This document shows, one piece after another, positions 27,447 to 35,838 of a stretch of 64,000 nt of DNA. The position numbers and the translations under genes are program-made. The notes below the pieces were generated by a model that was not told the DNA's origin, made no database searches, and saw only the letters and a program-made list of their open reading frames with translations. The stretch is taken from contig JBGQLP010000013.1 in the NCBI GenBank assembly GCA_041500125.1, forward strand, positions 516-64,515, given 5' to 3'. The DNA comes from Gemmatimonadota bacterium. Its GTDB lineage: Bacteria > Gemmatimonadota > Gemmatimonadetes > Gemmatimonadales > GWC2-71-9. Numbering within the stretch: the first letter of the stretch is position 1; every line of letters starts with the position of its first letter.

Positions 27447-27508
27447 CGTAAGCGGGACTAGGACCCCTTTCCCGCTCACCGCTCACGCCCGTCCTAGTCC
27501 CGCTTACG
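27447..27508. terminator. Perfect 18-nt-arm hairpin between convergent genes
   Basis: CGTAAGCGGGACTAGGAC (27447-27464) and GTCCTAGTCCCGCTTACG (27491-27508) with a 26-nt loop. It lies between the stops at 27440 and 27511. Confidence 0.55.
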
Positions 27509-27510
27509 CT

Positions 27511-28836
27511 TTACTTCCCCACACAGAAACTACTGAACACCCTCTCCAGCACTTCCTCTATATCCACTGTCCCCAGAAGCTCGTCCAGTGCGCTTGTGGC
27601 CTCACGAACGTGATGGGCGGCCAGCACGGCGTCTCCGTTCCGGCCCAGATGGGGGACGGCAGCCGCTAGGGCGTCTTGAGCCCGGGCGAGCGCGGTCCGG
27701 TGCCGTTCTCGGGTGAGCGCCGGCTCCAGATCGGCCAGGTTGATACGATCCGCAAACACCTGCTCGGCCGCGGCGCGGCGGAGAACGCCGAGTCCCTGGC
27801 CGGTGACCGCTGAGACGGGGAACCCCTCGCCCGCCGCAGGGGTCAGATCCGACTTCGTGCGGACCAGCAGCGAAGGACGCGCCGCGGCAATTGCGGTCTC
27901 GTCGTCTCCCATCTCCCGGCCCGCCTCCACGCAAAGAAGCACCAGATCGGCGGCCGCGAGGTAGCGGCGGCTGACCTCCACGCCAAGGCGGTCGATTCGC
28001 TCCGGCGCGTTCCAGAGGCCCGCCGTATCCGCCAGCCGAACCGGCCAGCCCAGAAAGTCGGTATGCGCCTCGATGGTATCCCGTGTCGTGCCGGGGATCT
28101 CGGTGACCAGGGCCCGCTCGCTGCCCAGCAGCGCGTTGAAGAGGGACGACTTTCCCGCGTTGGGGCGCCCCGCGAAGACCAGGAGCGCACCCTCCCGCAA
28201 GCGTTCGCCCGCGGGAGCGGTCGCAACCAGGTGCCTGATTTGGCTCGACACCGAGTCGACCTGGGTCACGATCCGAGCCGAAGATACCGGCCCCTCGTCC
28301 TCTTCGGGGAAGTCGATGCTGTAGCTGAGCAGGGCTTGCACTTCGATCAGCGATTCTCGCAGGCTTGCCAGGCGGCGAGAGAGTCCACCTTCAAGCTGGC
28401 GCAGGGCTGCTGCGGCCTGCGCCGGCGCCGCTGCATCGATCAGGTCGCCGACGGCTTCCGCCTGGACCAGGTCGAGCTTGCCGTTCAGCACCGCGCGCCG
28501 GGTGAACTCCCCGGGAGCCGCGGGCCGCGCACCGGCCGACTGGATAGCCGCAAGGAGGCGGCTGGGGATCAGGAGCCCGCCATGACAGCAGAGCTCGACC
28601 AGATCCTCTCCGGTGTAGCTGTGGGGTCCCGGGTAGACGGTGTAGACGCCCCGGTCTAGTGGCTGGCCGTCGGAGTCGCGGAAGGTCGCCAGCGTCGCTT
28701 GCCGGGGAGGCTTGCTCTGAAACCCCGCAATGACTCGTTGGGCGATGGTAAAGGCGCCGTCACCGCTGAGGCGAATGATCGCCAAGGCGGCACGGCCGGG
28801 GGCGGTTGCGATCGCGGCAATCGGATCGGAGAGCAT
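27511..28836 (-). CDS. mnmE: tRNA modification GTPase MnmE (TrmE)
   Basis: DPIAAIATAPGRAALAIIRLSG, G-domain GRPNAGKSSLFNAL / DTAG, C-terminal CVGK. Confidence 0.95.
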   Translation of the reverse strand: MLSDPIAAIATAPGRAALAIIRLSGDGAFTIAQRVIAGFQSKPPRQATLATFRDSDGQPLDRGVYTVYPGPHSYTGEDLVELCCHGGLLIPSRLLAAIQSAGARPAAPGEFTRRAVLNGKLDLVQAEAVGDLIDAAAPAQAAAALRQLEGGLSRRLASLRESLIEVQALLSYSIDFPEEDEGPVSSARIVTQVDSVSSQIRHLVATAPAGERLREGALLVFAGRPNAGKSSLFNALLGSERALVTEIPGTTRDTIEAHTDFLGWPVRLADTAGLWNAPERIDRLGVEVSRRYLAAADLVLLCVEAGREMGDDETAIAAARPSLLVRTKSDLTPAAGEGFPVSAVTGQGLGVLRRAAAEQVFADRINLADLEPALTRERHRTALARAQDALAAAVPHLGRNGDAVLAAHHVREATSALDELLGTVDIEEVLERVFSSFCVGK

Positions 28837-28869
28837 ACCGGAACTAATGCGTTCGGATGCCCAAAGCGG

Positions 28870-30618
28870 CTAGGCCTTCTTTGCCCGTTTCGCCTTGGGT
28901 TCCGGCGGGGTCTTGGTTTTCACCTCGACGATGGCTCTCGCGGTTCGCCTCTGCCGCTCGCGAGCCAGCATCCATTGCTGGGGAATGCTGGCGATGTTGC
29001 TCACCGCATAGTACAGGTTGAGCCCCGAGGCAAAGTTCAGAAAGAGAAACGTCATCATTACCGGCATGATGTATAGCATCATCTTGGCCTGCGGATTGGG
29101 CTCCATGCCCATCTGCCCGACCTTGCTCAACCCGAACATGGATAGTCCCATGATCACCGGAATGATGTAGAGCGGATCCGGCCGGGAGAGGTCCGGCAGC
29201 CAAGCGAAAGACGCACCCCGCAGCTCGATCGTGTTCTGGAACACGAAGAAGAGCGCGAAGAGCACCGGCATGGGCAGCAGCATGGGCCAGCACCCGCCCA
29301 GCGGATTTACTCCATGCTCCTTGTAGAGCTTGAACATCTCCTGCTGAACCTTCGGGGGATCGTTCTTGTACTTCTCCTGGATCTCCTTCATCAGCGGCTG
29401 GACCGCCTGCAGCTGCATGTTGGCCCGCATCGCCTTTTGATTCAGCGGCCAGAGCAGCAGCCGCACCAGAATTCCGAAAGAGATCAGCACCAGCCCGTAG
29501 GCCAGGTGCAGGTGCTGGTGCATCCAGACCAACAGCCAGCGCACCCCGGCCGCGAGCGGCCGGATGACCGTCCGGAAGCCGGGCCAGCCATAGGGGTTCA
29601 CATCGTCAAACCCGTGGCCGATGCGCCGCAAGCGGTCGTACTCCATCGGCCCGGCATAGGCGGAGTATTCGACCCTGCCGCTGGGTGACAGGGGAAGGCT
29701 GAGCTGCACGTCGGCCTGAGACGGTCGCTTGCCGCCCGGCGGGCGGGCAGTGGCCGTCACCCCGCTGATCCCTCCACTCGTGCTGTCAAAGGCCAGAAGG
29801 CCGGTCACGAAGTACTTCGACTTGACCGCCGCCCACTCGAGGGGACCGCTGACGGTCTTGGGCTCGCCCGGTTTGAGCCCGGCAAAGTCCAGCCGCTCCG
29901 TATCGTTGTGTTTGGTGACCAGCGCGAGGGCACGATGGTTCTCGTTGGAATCGGCCTCAGTGTTGGCGATCGTCGGTCCCATCCCCACGAGCAGGAGCCC
30001 GCCGTTGGGACCGACGCCGGTCACGTTGCCGGAGACCTCGACCCGGTAGTCGTCAGGCCGGAAGGTGTAGGTCAGATCCACCTTGACGCTGTTCCGGGTC
30101 GCGCTGAGGTGGAGCGGGGTGGGACCGTTTACTGAGAGGCTCTCCGCCGAGACGGTGAAGGGCCAGTCTGGGAGCGGAATGGTGTCCCGTCCCAGCACCA
30201 GAGTCAGGCCAAGCAGCTTGCTGTCAGGTGGCAGGATCTGTGCCGGTCGGCCGCGACCGGTGGGTGCCATCGACCGATAGTGCGGCAGCGTCGCCTCGAC
30301 CAGCCGGCCGCCCCGCGTGCTGATCCCGTAGGTGTAAAGGGGTGACGTAACGTGGACGACGTGGTCAGCGGGTAAGCGGGTAGGCGGGGAAGCAACCGCC
30401 TTGCTGGTGTCCGGACCAGCCTGAACGGCAGAAATGCTGTCGTGGCTTCGCGCAGCGGACACGCCAGAGGAGCTGTCGGCTGGAACAACGGTCTCCCCGA
30501 CCCGCTTACCCGCTTCCCCGCCTCGCGCCGCAGGCGCGACTGGTTTCTTGAAAAAAATCGCAGGAGCGATTGCGATGGTCATCATCAACAAAATCGCCCA
30601 AATCGTACGGCGGTCCAT
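28870..30618 (-). CDS. yidC: Membrane protein insertase YidC
   Basis: N-terminal TM, large periplasmic domain, conserved C-terminal core (NQKAMRANMQLQAVQPLMKEIQEKYK...GGCWPMLLPMPVLFALF...). Canonical position next to yidD/rnpA/rpmH. Confidence 0.95.
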   Translation of the reverse strand: MDRRTIWAILLMMTIAIAPAIFFKKPVAPAARGGEAGKRVGETVVPADSSSGVSAARSHDSISAVQAGPDTSKAVASPPTRLPADHVVHVTSPLYTYGISTRGGRLVEATLPHYRSMAPTGRGRPAQILPPDSKLLGLTLVLGRDTIPLPDWPFTVSAESLSVNGPTPLHLSATRNSVKVDLTYTFRPDDYRVEVSGNVTGVGPNGGLLLVGMGPTIANTEADSNENHRALALVTKHNDTERLDFAGLKPGEPKTVSGPLEWAAVKSKYFVTGLLAFDSTSGGISGVTATARPPGGKRPSQADVQLSLPLSPSGRVEYSAYAGPMEYDRLRRIGHGFDDVNPYGWPGFRTVIRPLAAGVRWLLVWMHQHLHLAYGLVLISFGILVRLLLWPLNQKAMRANMQLQAVQPLMKEIQEKYKNDPPKVQQEMFKLYKEHGVNPLGGCWPMLLPMPVLFALFFVFQNTIELRGASFAWLPDLSRPDPLYIIPVIMGLSMFGLSKVGQMGMEPNPQAKMMLYIMPVMMTFLFLNFASGLNLYYAVSNIASIPQQWMLARERQRRTARAIVEVKTKTPPEPKAKRAKKA

Positions 30619-30635
30619 GGACTCAGTTCACGTGG

Positions 30636-30866
30636 TCAAGGGACGGGGTCGAACCCGCCCGGGTGAAACGGATGGCAGCGAGCGAGGCGTCGGGCGGCGA
30701 GCCAGCTCCCCCGGAGTGCGCCGTGCCGGCTGACGGCCTCGAGCGCGTACTGGGAGCAGGACGGGGTAAACCGGCAGCTCGGAGGAAGCAGTGGAGATAT
30801 CAGGAGCTGATAGCCTCGAATCAGCGTGGCGACGAAGCGACGAGGCAGGAGCAGAACTCGGGACAC
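30636..30866 (-). CDS. yidD: Membrane protein insertion efficiency factor YidD
   Basis: [53 protein letters not shown]. Confidence 0.9.
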   Translation of the reverse strand: MSRVLLLPRRFVATLIRGYQLLISPLLPPSCRFTPSCSQYALEAVSRHGALRGSWLAARRLARCHPFHPGGFDPVP

Positions 30867-30869
30867 GGC

Positions 30870-31223
30870 TCACCCGGCTGCCAGCACAGTGTCGCGCCAG
30901 GCGAGGAGCTGTGCCCGGAGCGCATCGAAGCTGGCGGTATAGGCCTCACGACGCACCTTGATGACCACGTCCCATGCCGGTTGCCGGGCCTGGATCTCTC
31001 GCCGCCAGATCTCTCGCAGCCGGCGGCGCAAACGATTGCGGGCCACCGCGGACGAGTGAAACTTGGGGACGACGAGTCCCATCCGTGGTTGGCCCGATTG
31101 GTTGTCGATCCAGATCATGTCCAAGTGCTCGAAACGGCGGCGCCGGCCATGAGTGAGGGCGCGGCGAAGGTCGGACGCGCTCGCGAGCCGGTGAGCCCGC
31201 GGGAGGCGCGCCGATGCCGTCAG
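30870..31223 (-). CDS. rnpA: Ribonuclease P protein component
   Basis: The track ORF (30870..31124, TTG start) lacks the conserved N-terminus. The open frame upstream encodes [28 protein letters not shown], the RnpA N-terminal pattern. The only plausible start is a CTG at 31223 overlapping the rpmH stop (CTGA). Confidence 0.75.
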   Translation of the reverse strand: MTASARLPRAHRLASASDLRRALTHGRRRRFEHLDMIWIDNQSGQPRMGLVVPKFHSSAVARNRLRRRLREIWRREIQARQPAWDVVIKVRREAYTASFDALRAQLLAWRDTVLAAG

Positions 31224-31381
31224 GAGCCTCCGTGCTTCGACGGCAGCGAAACGGTCAGCCGCTTCCGGCCTTTCTTCCGCCGGCGGGAAAGAACCGCGCG
31301 TCCCCAGCGGGTGGCCATCCGCGCCCGAAACCCATGCTTGGTGATCCGGCGCTTATTGCGTGGCCGATACGACGGCTTCAT
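31220..31381 (-). CDS. rpmH: 50S ribosomal protein L34
   Basis: 53-aa ORF below the track length cutoff: [53 protein letters not shown]. Confidence 0.9.
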   Translation of the reverse strand: MKPSYRPRNKRRITKHGFRARMATRWGRAVLSRRRKKGRKRLTVSLPSKHGGS

Positions 31382-31454
31382 TCGAGGAACCCTCCCAAGT
31401 GAGCCGGGGAAGTTAGTCGGAGGAGAGGCTTAGGGTCAAGTAAAGTGACCGAGA

Positions 31455-31553
31455 GGAGGGAGCGGGCGGAGCCGACGGAAAATTCTTTTGGCCATCCCAG
31501 TTTTCTTCTTCGCCGCTCCGCCCTTCCCGCCCTTTCCGTCCTCTTCGCCTTTT
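31455..31553 (+). repeat. 9-bp-periodic inverted repeat element, locus 2 (rpmH-dnaA intergenic)
   Basis: Purine side ...GGAGGGAGCGGGCGGAGCCGACGGAAAA (CGG every 9 nt). After about 35 nt come CCGCCCTTC CCGCCCTTT CCGTCCTCT TCGCCTTTT (31518-31553). GGGCGGAGC (31464-31472) is the exact complement of GCTCCGCCC (31515-31523). Confidence 0.55.
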
Positions 31554-31572
31554 TTCTCCTGTCAAGCCCCGA

Positions 31573-31601
31573 TTGACTTTTCCACACCCGACCCATAACA
31601 T
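31573..31601 (+). promoter_or_regulatory. Candidate dnaA promoter with an overlapping DnaA-box-like 9-mer
   Basis: TTGACT (31573-31578), 17-nt spacer, TAACAT (31596-31601). TTTTCCACA (31578-31586) differs from the E. coli-type box TTATCCACA at one position. Confidence 0.3.
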
Positions 31602-31641
31602 CTCTCGCCCTTGAAAAAATCCCTTCCGTTTTCGAGTACCG

Positions 31642-33024
31642 ATGCAGCTGTCAGCCAAAGACGCTTGGAAGCGCATTCTCGACGAGGCGCATCGCGAACT
31701 CCCCGACCACACGATCCGAACGTGGCTCGAGCCGACCGAGGCCATCGCCCTCGATGAAGGCCGCCTCATCATCGGCGCGCCGGATCAGTTCGCGGTGGAG
31801 TGGAACGAGAGCAAGCACGCGCCGCTGCTCTCCCGTTTAGCCGAGCCGGTCCTGGGGCAGCCGACGTCCATCGTCTTCCGGGTCAACGAAGATCGGCAGA
31901 AACGGCCGCAGATGGATTTCTTCGTCGCGCCGTCCAGCCCGGCCGCAGCCAACCCGCAGATCAATCCGAGCGCTCAGCCGCTCAACGAGCGGTATACCTT
32001 CGACACCTTCGTGATCGGCAAGTCCAACGAGCTGGCCGCCGCCGCGGCCCACGCCGCCGCCGAGTCGCCGGGCAAGACCTACAATCCGCTCTTCATTTAC
32101 GGGGCCACCGGCCTGGGCAAGACCCACCTGATGCAGGCGATTGCCCACATCGTGTGCGAGCGCCATCCCGAGACCCGGGTGCTCTACGTCGGGGCCGAGC
32201 AGTTCATCAACGAGGTCATTGAGAGCATCCACAGCCGCACCATGCCGGAGTTTCGCCGCCGGTATCGGATGGACGTGGACCTCTTCCTGGTGGACGACGT
32301 GCATTTTCTCGAAGGTAAGGAGATGACCCAAGAGGAGTTCTTTCACACCTTCAACGCGCTCTATGAGGGTAACCGGCAGATCGTGCTGACCTCCGACCGC
32401 CCTCCGAAGGAGCTGCCCGGCCTGGAGGCCCGCCTGGTCAGCCGATTCGAGTGGGGCATGGTGGCCGACATTGGGCAGCCGGATTTGGAGCACCGGATCG
32501 CCATCCTGCGGAAGAAACAGGAGCAGGACCACCTGGAGCTCACCATTCCGGACGACGTGCTCCGGTTCATCGCCGAGCACGTGCGATCGAATGTGCGTGA
32601 GCTCGAGGGCTGTATCATTAAGTTGCTGCTGTTCGCGTCGTTGAAGCATAAAGAGGTCTCGATCGAGCTGGCCCGCGAGGCGCTCTCGGACAAGATTCGT
32701 CCGGGCGAGGATGGGCTCGCGGCACCCAAGGCGCTACCCTCGATCAATAAGGTGCAGGAGGTCGTGGCCCGGCGATGGGGAGTCACCCCCGAGGGACTCC
32801 GGTCCAAGGCTCGGATCAAGACCCTCACCGTGCCGCGCCAGATCGCGATGTATCTCGCCCGCGAGTTGCTGGAAATGCAGCTGGTCGAGATCGGACAGGC
32901 CTTCGGCGGGAGAGATCACTCCACGGTGATTCACAGCGTGGACAAGGTGAGCCGCCAGATGTCGCGCGACCGTGGCTTTCGAGAGCGGGTGGAGCACGCC
33001 CGTCAGGAGTTGTGCGCAGAATAA
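31642..33024 (+). CDS. dnaA: Chromosomal replication initiator protein DnaA
   Basis: Walker A GATGLGKTHLMQA, LLVDDVHFL box, sensor/arginine-finger region, C-terminal DNA-binding domain (IAMYLARELLEMQLVEIGQAFGGRDHSTVIHS). Confidence 0.97.
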   Translation: MQLSAKDAWKRILDEAHRELPDHTIRTWLEPTEAIALDEGRLIIGAPDQFAVEWNESKHAPLLSRLAEPVLGQPTSIVFRVNEDRQKRPQMDFFVAPSSPAAANPQINPSAQPLNERYTFDTFVIGKSNELAAAAAHAAAESPGKTYNPLFIYGATGLGKTHLMQAIAHIVCERHPETRVLYVGAEQFINEVIESIHSRTMPEFRRRYRMDVDLFLVDDVHFLEGKEMTQEEFFHTFNALYEGNRQIVLTSDRPPKELPGLEARLVSRFEWGMVADIGQPDLEHRIAILRKKQEQDHLELTIPDDVLRFIAEHVRSNVRELEGCIIKLLLFASLKHKEVSIELAREALSDKIRPGEDGLAAPKALPSINKVQEVVARRWGVTPEGLRSKARIKTLTVPRQIAMYLARELLEMQLVEIGQAFGGRDHSTVIHSVDKVSRQMSRDRGFRERVEHARQELCAE

Positions 33025-33255
33025 TCCCCGCGCGGGTACGGCGGCTGTGGGAACTCTGGACAGCGGTGGACAGTGAAGTGATTGTGCTAGGCTCAGTCCC
33101 CATTGCACACAGGGAGTCGACAACAGGATGAGGGCGTAAGTGGCGACTGAGCCGACTGGTTGTCGCGCCACTCAACATTTCCAGACCCTCTACTACGGCT
33201 ACTAAATCTTTTAAATGGAAGAGTAGTAGATGATCATAGCCATCCGGGGAGAGGG
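33025..33255. other. dnaA-dnaN spacer with a locally AT-rich block (candidate oriC/DUE segment)
   Basis: 231-nt non-coding spacer. CTACTAAATCTTTTAAATGGAAGAGTAGTAGATGATCATAG near 33200-33245 is markedly AT-rich for this genome. Only weak DnaA-box matches (3 or more mismatches) were seen. Confidence 0.3.
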
Positions 33256-34371
33256 ATGAAGCTCACGATCACGCGGGAGCAGTTGCAGGAAGGACTCGTC
33301 GCGGTAGCCGCTAGTGTCCCTGCGAAAACGACGCTGCCGATCCTGTCGAATATCCTGCTCGAGGCCACGAAAGAGGGCATTCGTCTATCGGGCACCGATC
33401 TCGACATCGCCGTCAGCACCACCGTCTCGGCATCGGTCGATCAGGAAGGCGCCATCACGCTCCCTGCTCGGAAACTGGTCGAGATCGTGCGGGAGCTACC
33501 CAGCGCGGCTATCCGCCTCACGGCGTCGGGCGAGCAGCGAGTCACCATCGAGTGCGGACGCTCGCGCTTTCGCCTGTTGGGGCTGCCCCGGGAAGAGTTC
33601 CCGGCCTTTCCCAGCGTAAAGTTCGAGGGAGGCTGGCGGACCTCCTCGAAGGAGCTCCAGAAGCTCATCAGCCACGTCGCCTTTGCGGCCAGCACCGAAG
33701 AGAGCCGTCCGATCCTCAATGGCGTGCTCTGGGAGCTCCGCCCCGAACGGATGCGAATGGTCGCCACCAACGGCCACCGCCTCGCCCGAATGGACGTGCC
33801 GACGGCAGAGACCCAGGGCGCCTCACAGGCGGACCTGATCGTGCCTCCCAAGGCGCTGGAACAGATCCGCCGGCTCTTTGGCACCGATGAGACCGTTGAG
33901 ATCGCGCGAAGCGAAAACCACCTTGGCTTCCGCACCAGCTCGACCCAGATCTTTACCCGGCTGATCGAGGGACCATACCCCAACTACGAGCAGGTCATTC
34001 CCCGGGAGAACGACAAGGTCGCCACCGCCGACAAGGGGGCGCTCACCGCCGCGCTCCGCCGCATGAGCATCGTCGCCAGCGATCAGACTCACCGGATTCG
34101 CATGGCCTTTGCCAATGGGTCGTGCAAGCTCTCGGTGCAGACTCCAGACCTCGGCGAGGCCCAGGAGGAGCTCAACGTGAGCTATGAGGGTGACCCCCTG
34201 GAAATCGGCTTCAACGCGGCCTACTTGCTCGAGATCCTCAAGTACATTCCGACCGACGAGGTCCGGATGACGTTCAAGGCTCCCGAGCGCGCGGCCACTT
34301 GCGAGCCCGTGGGATGGGACGATCCGGCAAGTTATCTGGCGCTGGTGATGCCGCTCCGCCTGGTGGATTAG
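33256..34371 (+). CDS. dnaN: DNA polymerase III beta subunit (sliding clamp)
   Basis: MKLTITREQLQEGLVAVAASVPAKTTLPILSNILLEA...; GGGGAGAGGG precedes ATG 33256. The upstream 32 codons of the track ORF are discarded. Confidence 0.95.
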   Translation: MKLTITREQLQEGLVAVAASVPAKTTLPILSNILLEATKEGIRLSGTDLDIAVSTTVSASVDQEGAITLPARKLVEIVRELPSAAIRLTASGEQRVTIECGRSRFRLLGLPREEFPAFPSVKFEGGWRTSSKELQKLISHVAFAASTEESRPILNGVLWELRPERMRMVATNGHRLARMDVPTAETQGASQADLIVPPKALEQIRRLFGTDETVEIARSENHLGFRTSSTQIFTRLIEGPYPNYEQVIPRENDKVATADKGALTAALRRMSIVASDQTHRIRMAFANGSCKLSVQTPDLGEAQEELNVSYEGDPLEIGFNAAYLLEILKYIPTDEVRMTFKAPERAATCEPVGWDDPASYLALVMPLRLVD

Positions 34372-34421
34372 CGGGTCCGGAGCTGGGAATCAGAAGACGG
34401 CTGGGAATCAGGAGGAATACA

Positions 34422-34925
34422 ATGGCGGAAGATCATACCCATCTCGAACTCGAAACTGCCAACGGCGCCGCTCGCGGTGGGCGTGGCGGGTTCGGCACCC
34501 TCGTCGTGCTCGCCGCGGCGGTGGGCGCCGGCGCGGCCATCCTGCTGGCTCCCGAGGAGGGGGCTCGGACTCGGAAGCGGGTCGGCCGCGGACTGCGGAA
34601 TCTTCGGGGCGAAGCAGCCGACACCATCGCGCAATTGCAGTGGGAAATCGGCCGGAGAAAACGGCAGGCTCGGCGGGACAAACAGCTCATCGGGTTGACC
34701 GGATTTCTTATCGGGGCGGGGTTGGCGGCGCTTCTCGCGCCGGAAAGCGGAGGTGCCACCCGGAAGCGCCTCGGCATCACCCTGAGCCGGATCAAGGTCG
34801 GCGCCGTGGAACGAATCGAGCGTTTGCGGCAGCAGCGGCAGGCTGAGGCCCCGGCTCCAACAGGCGAGGAAAACCCGGTCCGCAGCGTTCAGGAGTTGGG
34901 TCGCGATCCCAACACGGTCTTCTGA
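34422..34925 (+). CDS. YtxH-domain protein (two YtxH-like repeats)
   Basis: AAILLAPEEGARTRKRV... and LAALLAPESGGATRKRL... motifs. AGGAGG precedes ATG 34422. Confidence 0.7.
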   Translation: MAEDHTHLELETANGAARGGRGGFGTLVVLAAAVGAGAAILLAPEEGARTRKRVGRGLRNLRGEAADTIAQLQWEIGRRKRQARRDKQLIGLTGFLIGAGLAALLAPESGGATRKRLGITLSRIKVGAVERIERLRQQRQAEAPAPTGEENPVRSVQELGRDPNTVF

Positions 34926-34944
34926 GGGTTCTTGGGCCCGCAGG

Positions 34945-35838
34945 TCAGCGCTTGCCCGGGCGAAGTGAGGTAATCGAGTAGCTTCCAGACTGCTTCACCG
35001 GCACCGTCTGTCCCACCGCCGGCACCGTGATGGTCATGTCGCCCGAATCACTTCCGTGAGCCGAGGCCAGGGTGCCATCCGGATTCAGATAGTAAACCGA
35101 TGTCCGCATGCCTGAAGCGGTCATCTCGAGCTTCTGATCGTACTGCGTGCCCTTCCCGCTTCGCTGATAGGTCCCACTGTTCTCCAGCTTGATGGCCTTC
35201 TTGGCGTTGGGGTCGTCGCTATCCATCGCCCGGTAGCTGGTGAGCGACTGCTCGGTGGCGTCGAACGCGTCAACCCGGATCGGGACCTCAGTGCTGTCGG
35301 TCCATTCCATGCCGGCGCGGACGCCGCCGGGCGGCAGAGCGGGGAAGAGCGTTCGAAGATTGCTGCCGACCTGATCGCCCATGGTGCTGGATCGGTCGGC
35401 CTTGAGTGCCGACAGCTTGCCGTCAGGAGTGAGGGTGGCGGTCCAGCGGGTTCCCCGCGCGGGGAGAATGGAATCGGGAACCGCCGGCACGCCTCCTACC
35501 GCCGACTGAAGCGAGTCCAGCACGATGGTCGCCAGGTATCCCGCCGGGTCTCGGACGAGCGTCACCCTCAGATATGCGGTCCGGTCGATGAGCTGCTGCT
35601 GACTGGCGCCCCCGGGGAGCTGCAGCGTGAGGCTATCATGCCGATTCAGTGCGTAGGCCACGTCGCGCACCGGAAGGTAGGTGATGCCGCTCGGCGTCGG
35701 CACACCGGGTGTGGTCGGGTTCGGCTGGGGAGTGGGCCCACTGGGAGTGCCGGTTCCCGAGGTGGCCGAGCTGCACCCCACCACCGCGAGACACGCGAGC
35801 GTTGCGAGACTGGATCTCAGGTCCATTCCCGAACTCAC
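34945..35838 (-). CDS. Hypothetical lipoprotein (297 aa), paralogue of the upstream gene
   Basis: LATLACLAVVGC lipobox, Pro/Thr linker. Shares blocks with 35835..36620 (YLRVTLVRDPAGYLATIVLDSLQ / FVTVTLADSAGGKAMRVVVDSMR; GMEWTDST / GESWSDTT; YYLNPDGT / YYVGTDGR). Confidence 0.65.
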   Translation of the reverse strand: MSSGMDLRSSLATLACLAVVGCSSATSGTGTPSGPTPQPNPTTPGVPTPSGITYLPVRDVAYALNRHDSLTLQLPGGASQQQLIDRTAYLRVTLVRDPAGYLATIVLDSLQSAVGGVPAVPDSILPARGTRWTATLTPDGKLSALKADRSSTMGDQVGSNLRTLFPALPPGGVRAGMEWTDSTEVPIRVDAFDATEQSLTSYRAMDSDDPNAKKAIKLENSGTYQRSGKGTQYDQKLEMTASGMRTSVYYLNPDGTLASAHGSDSGDMTITVPAVGQTVPVKQSGSYSITSLRPGKR

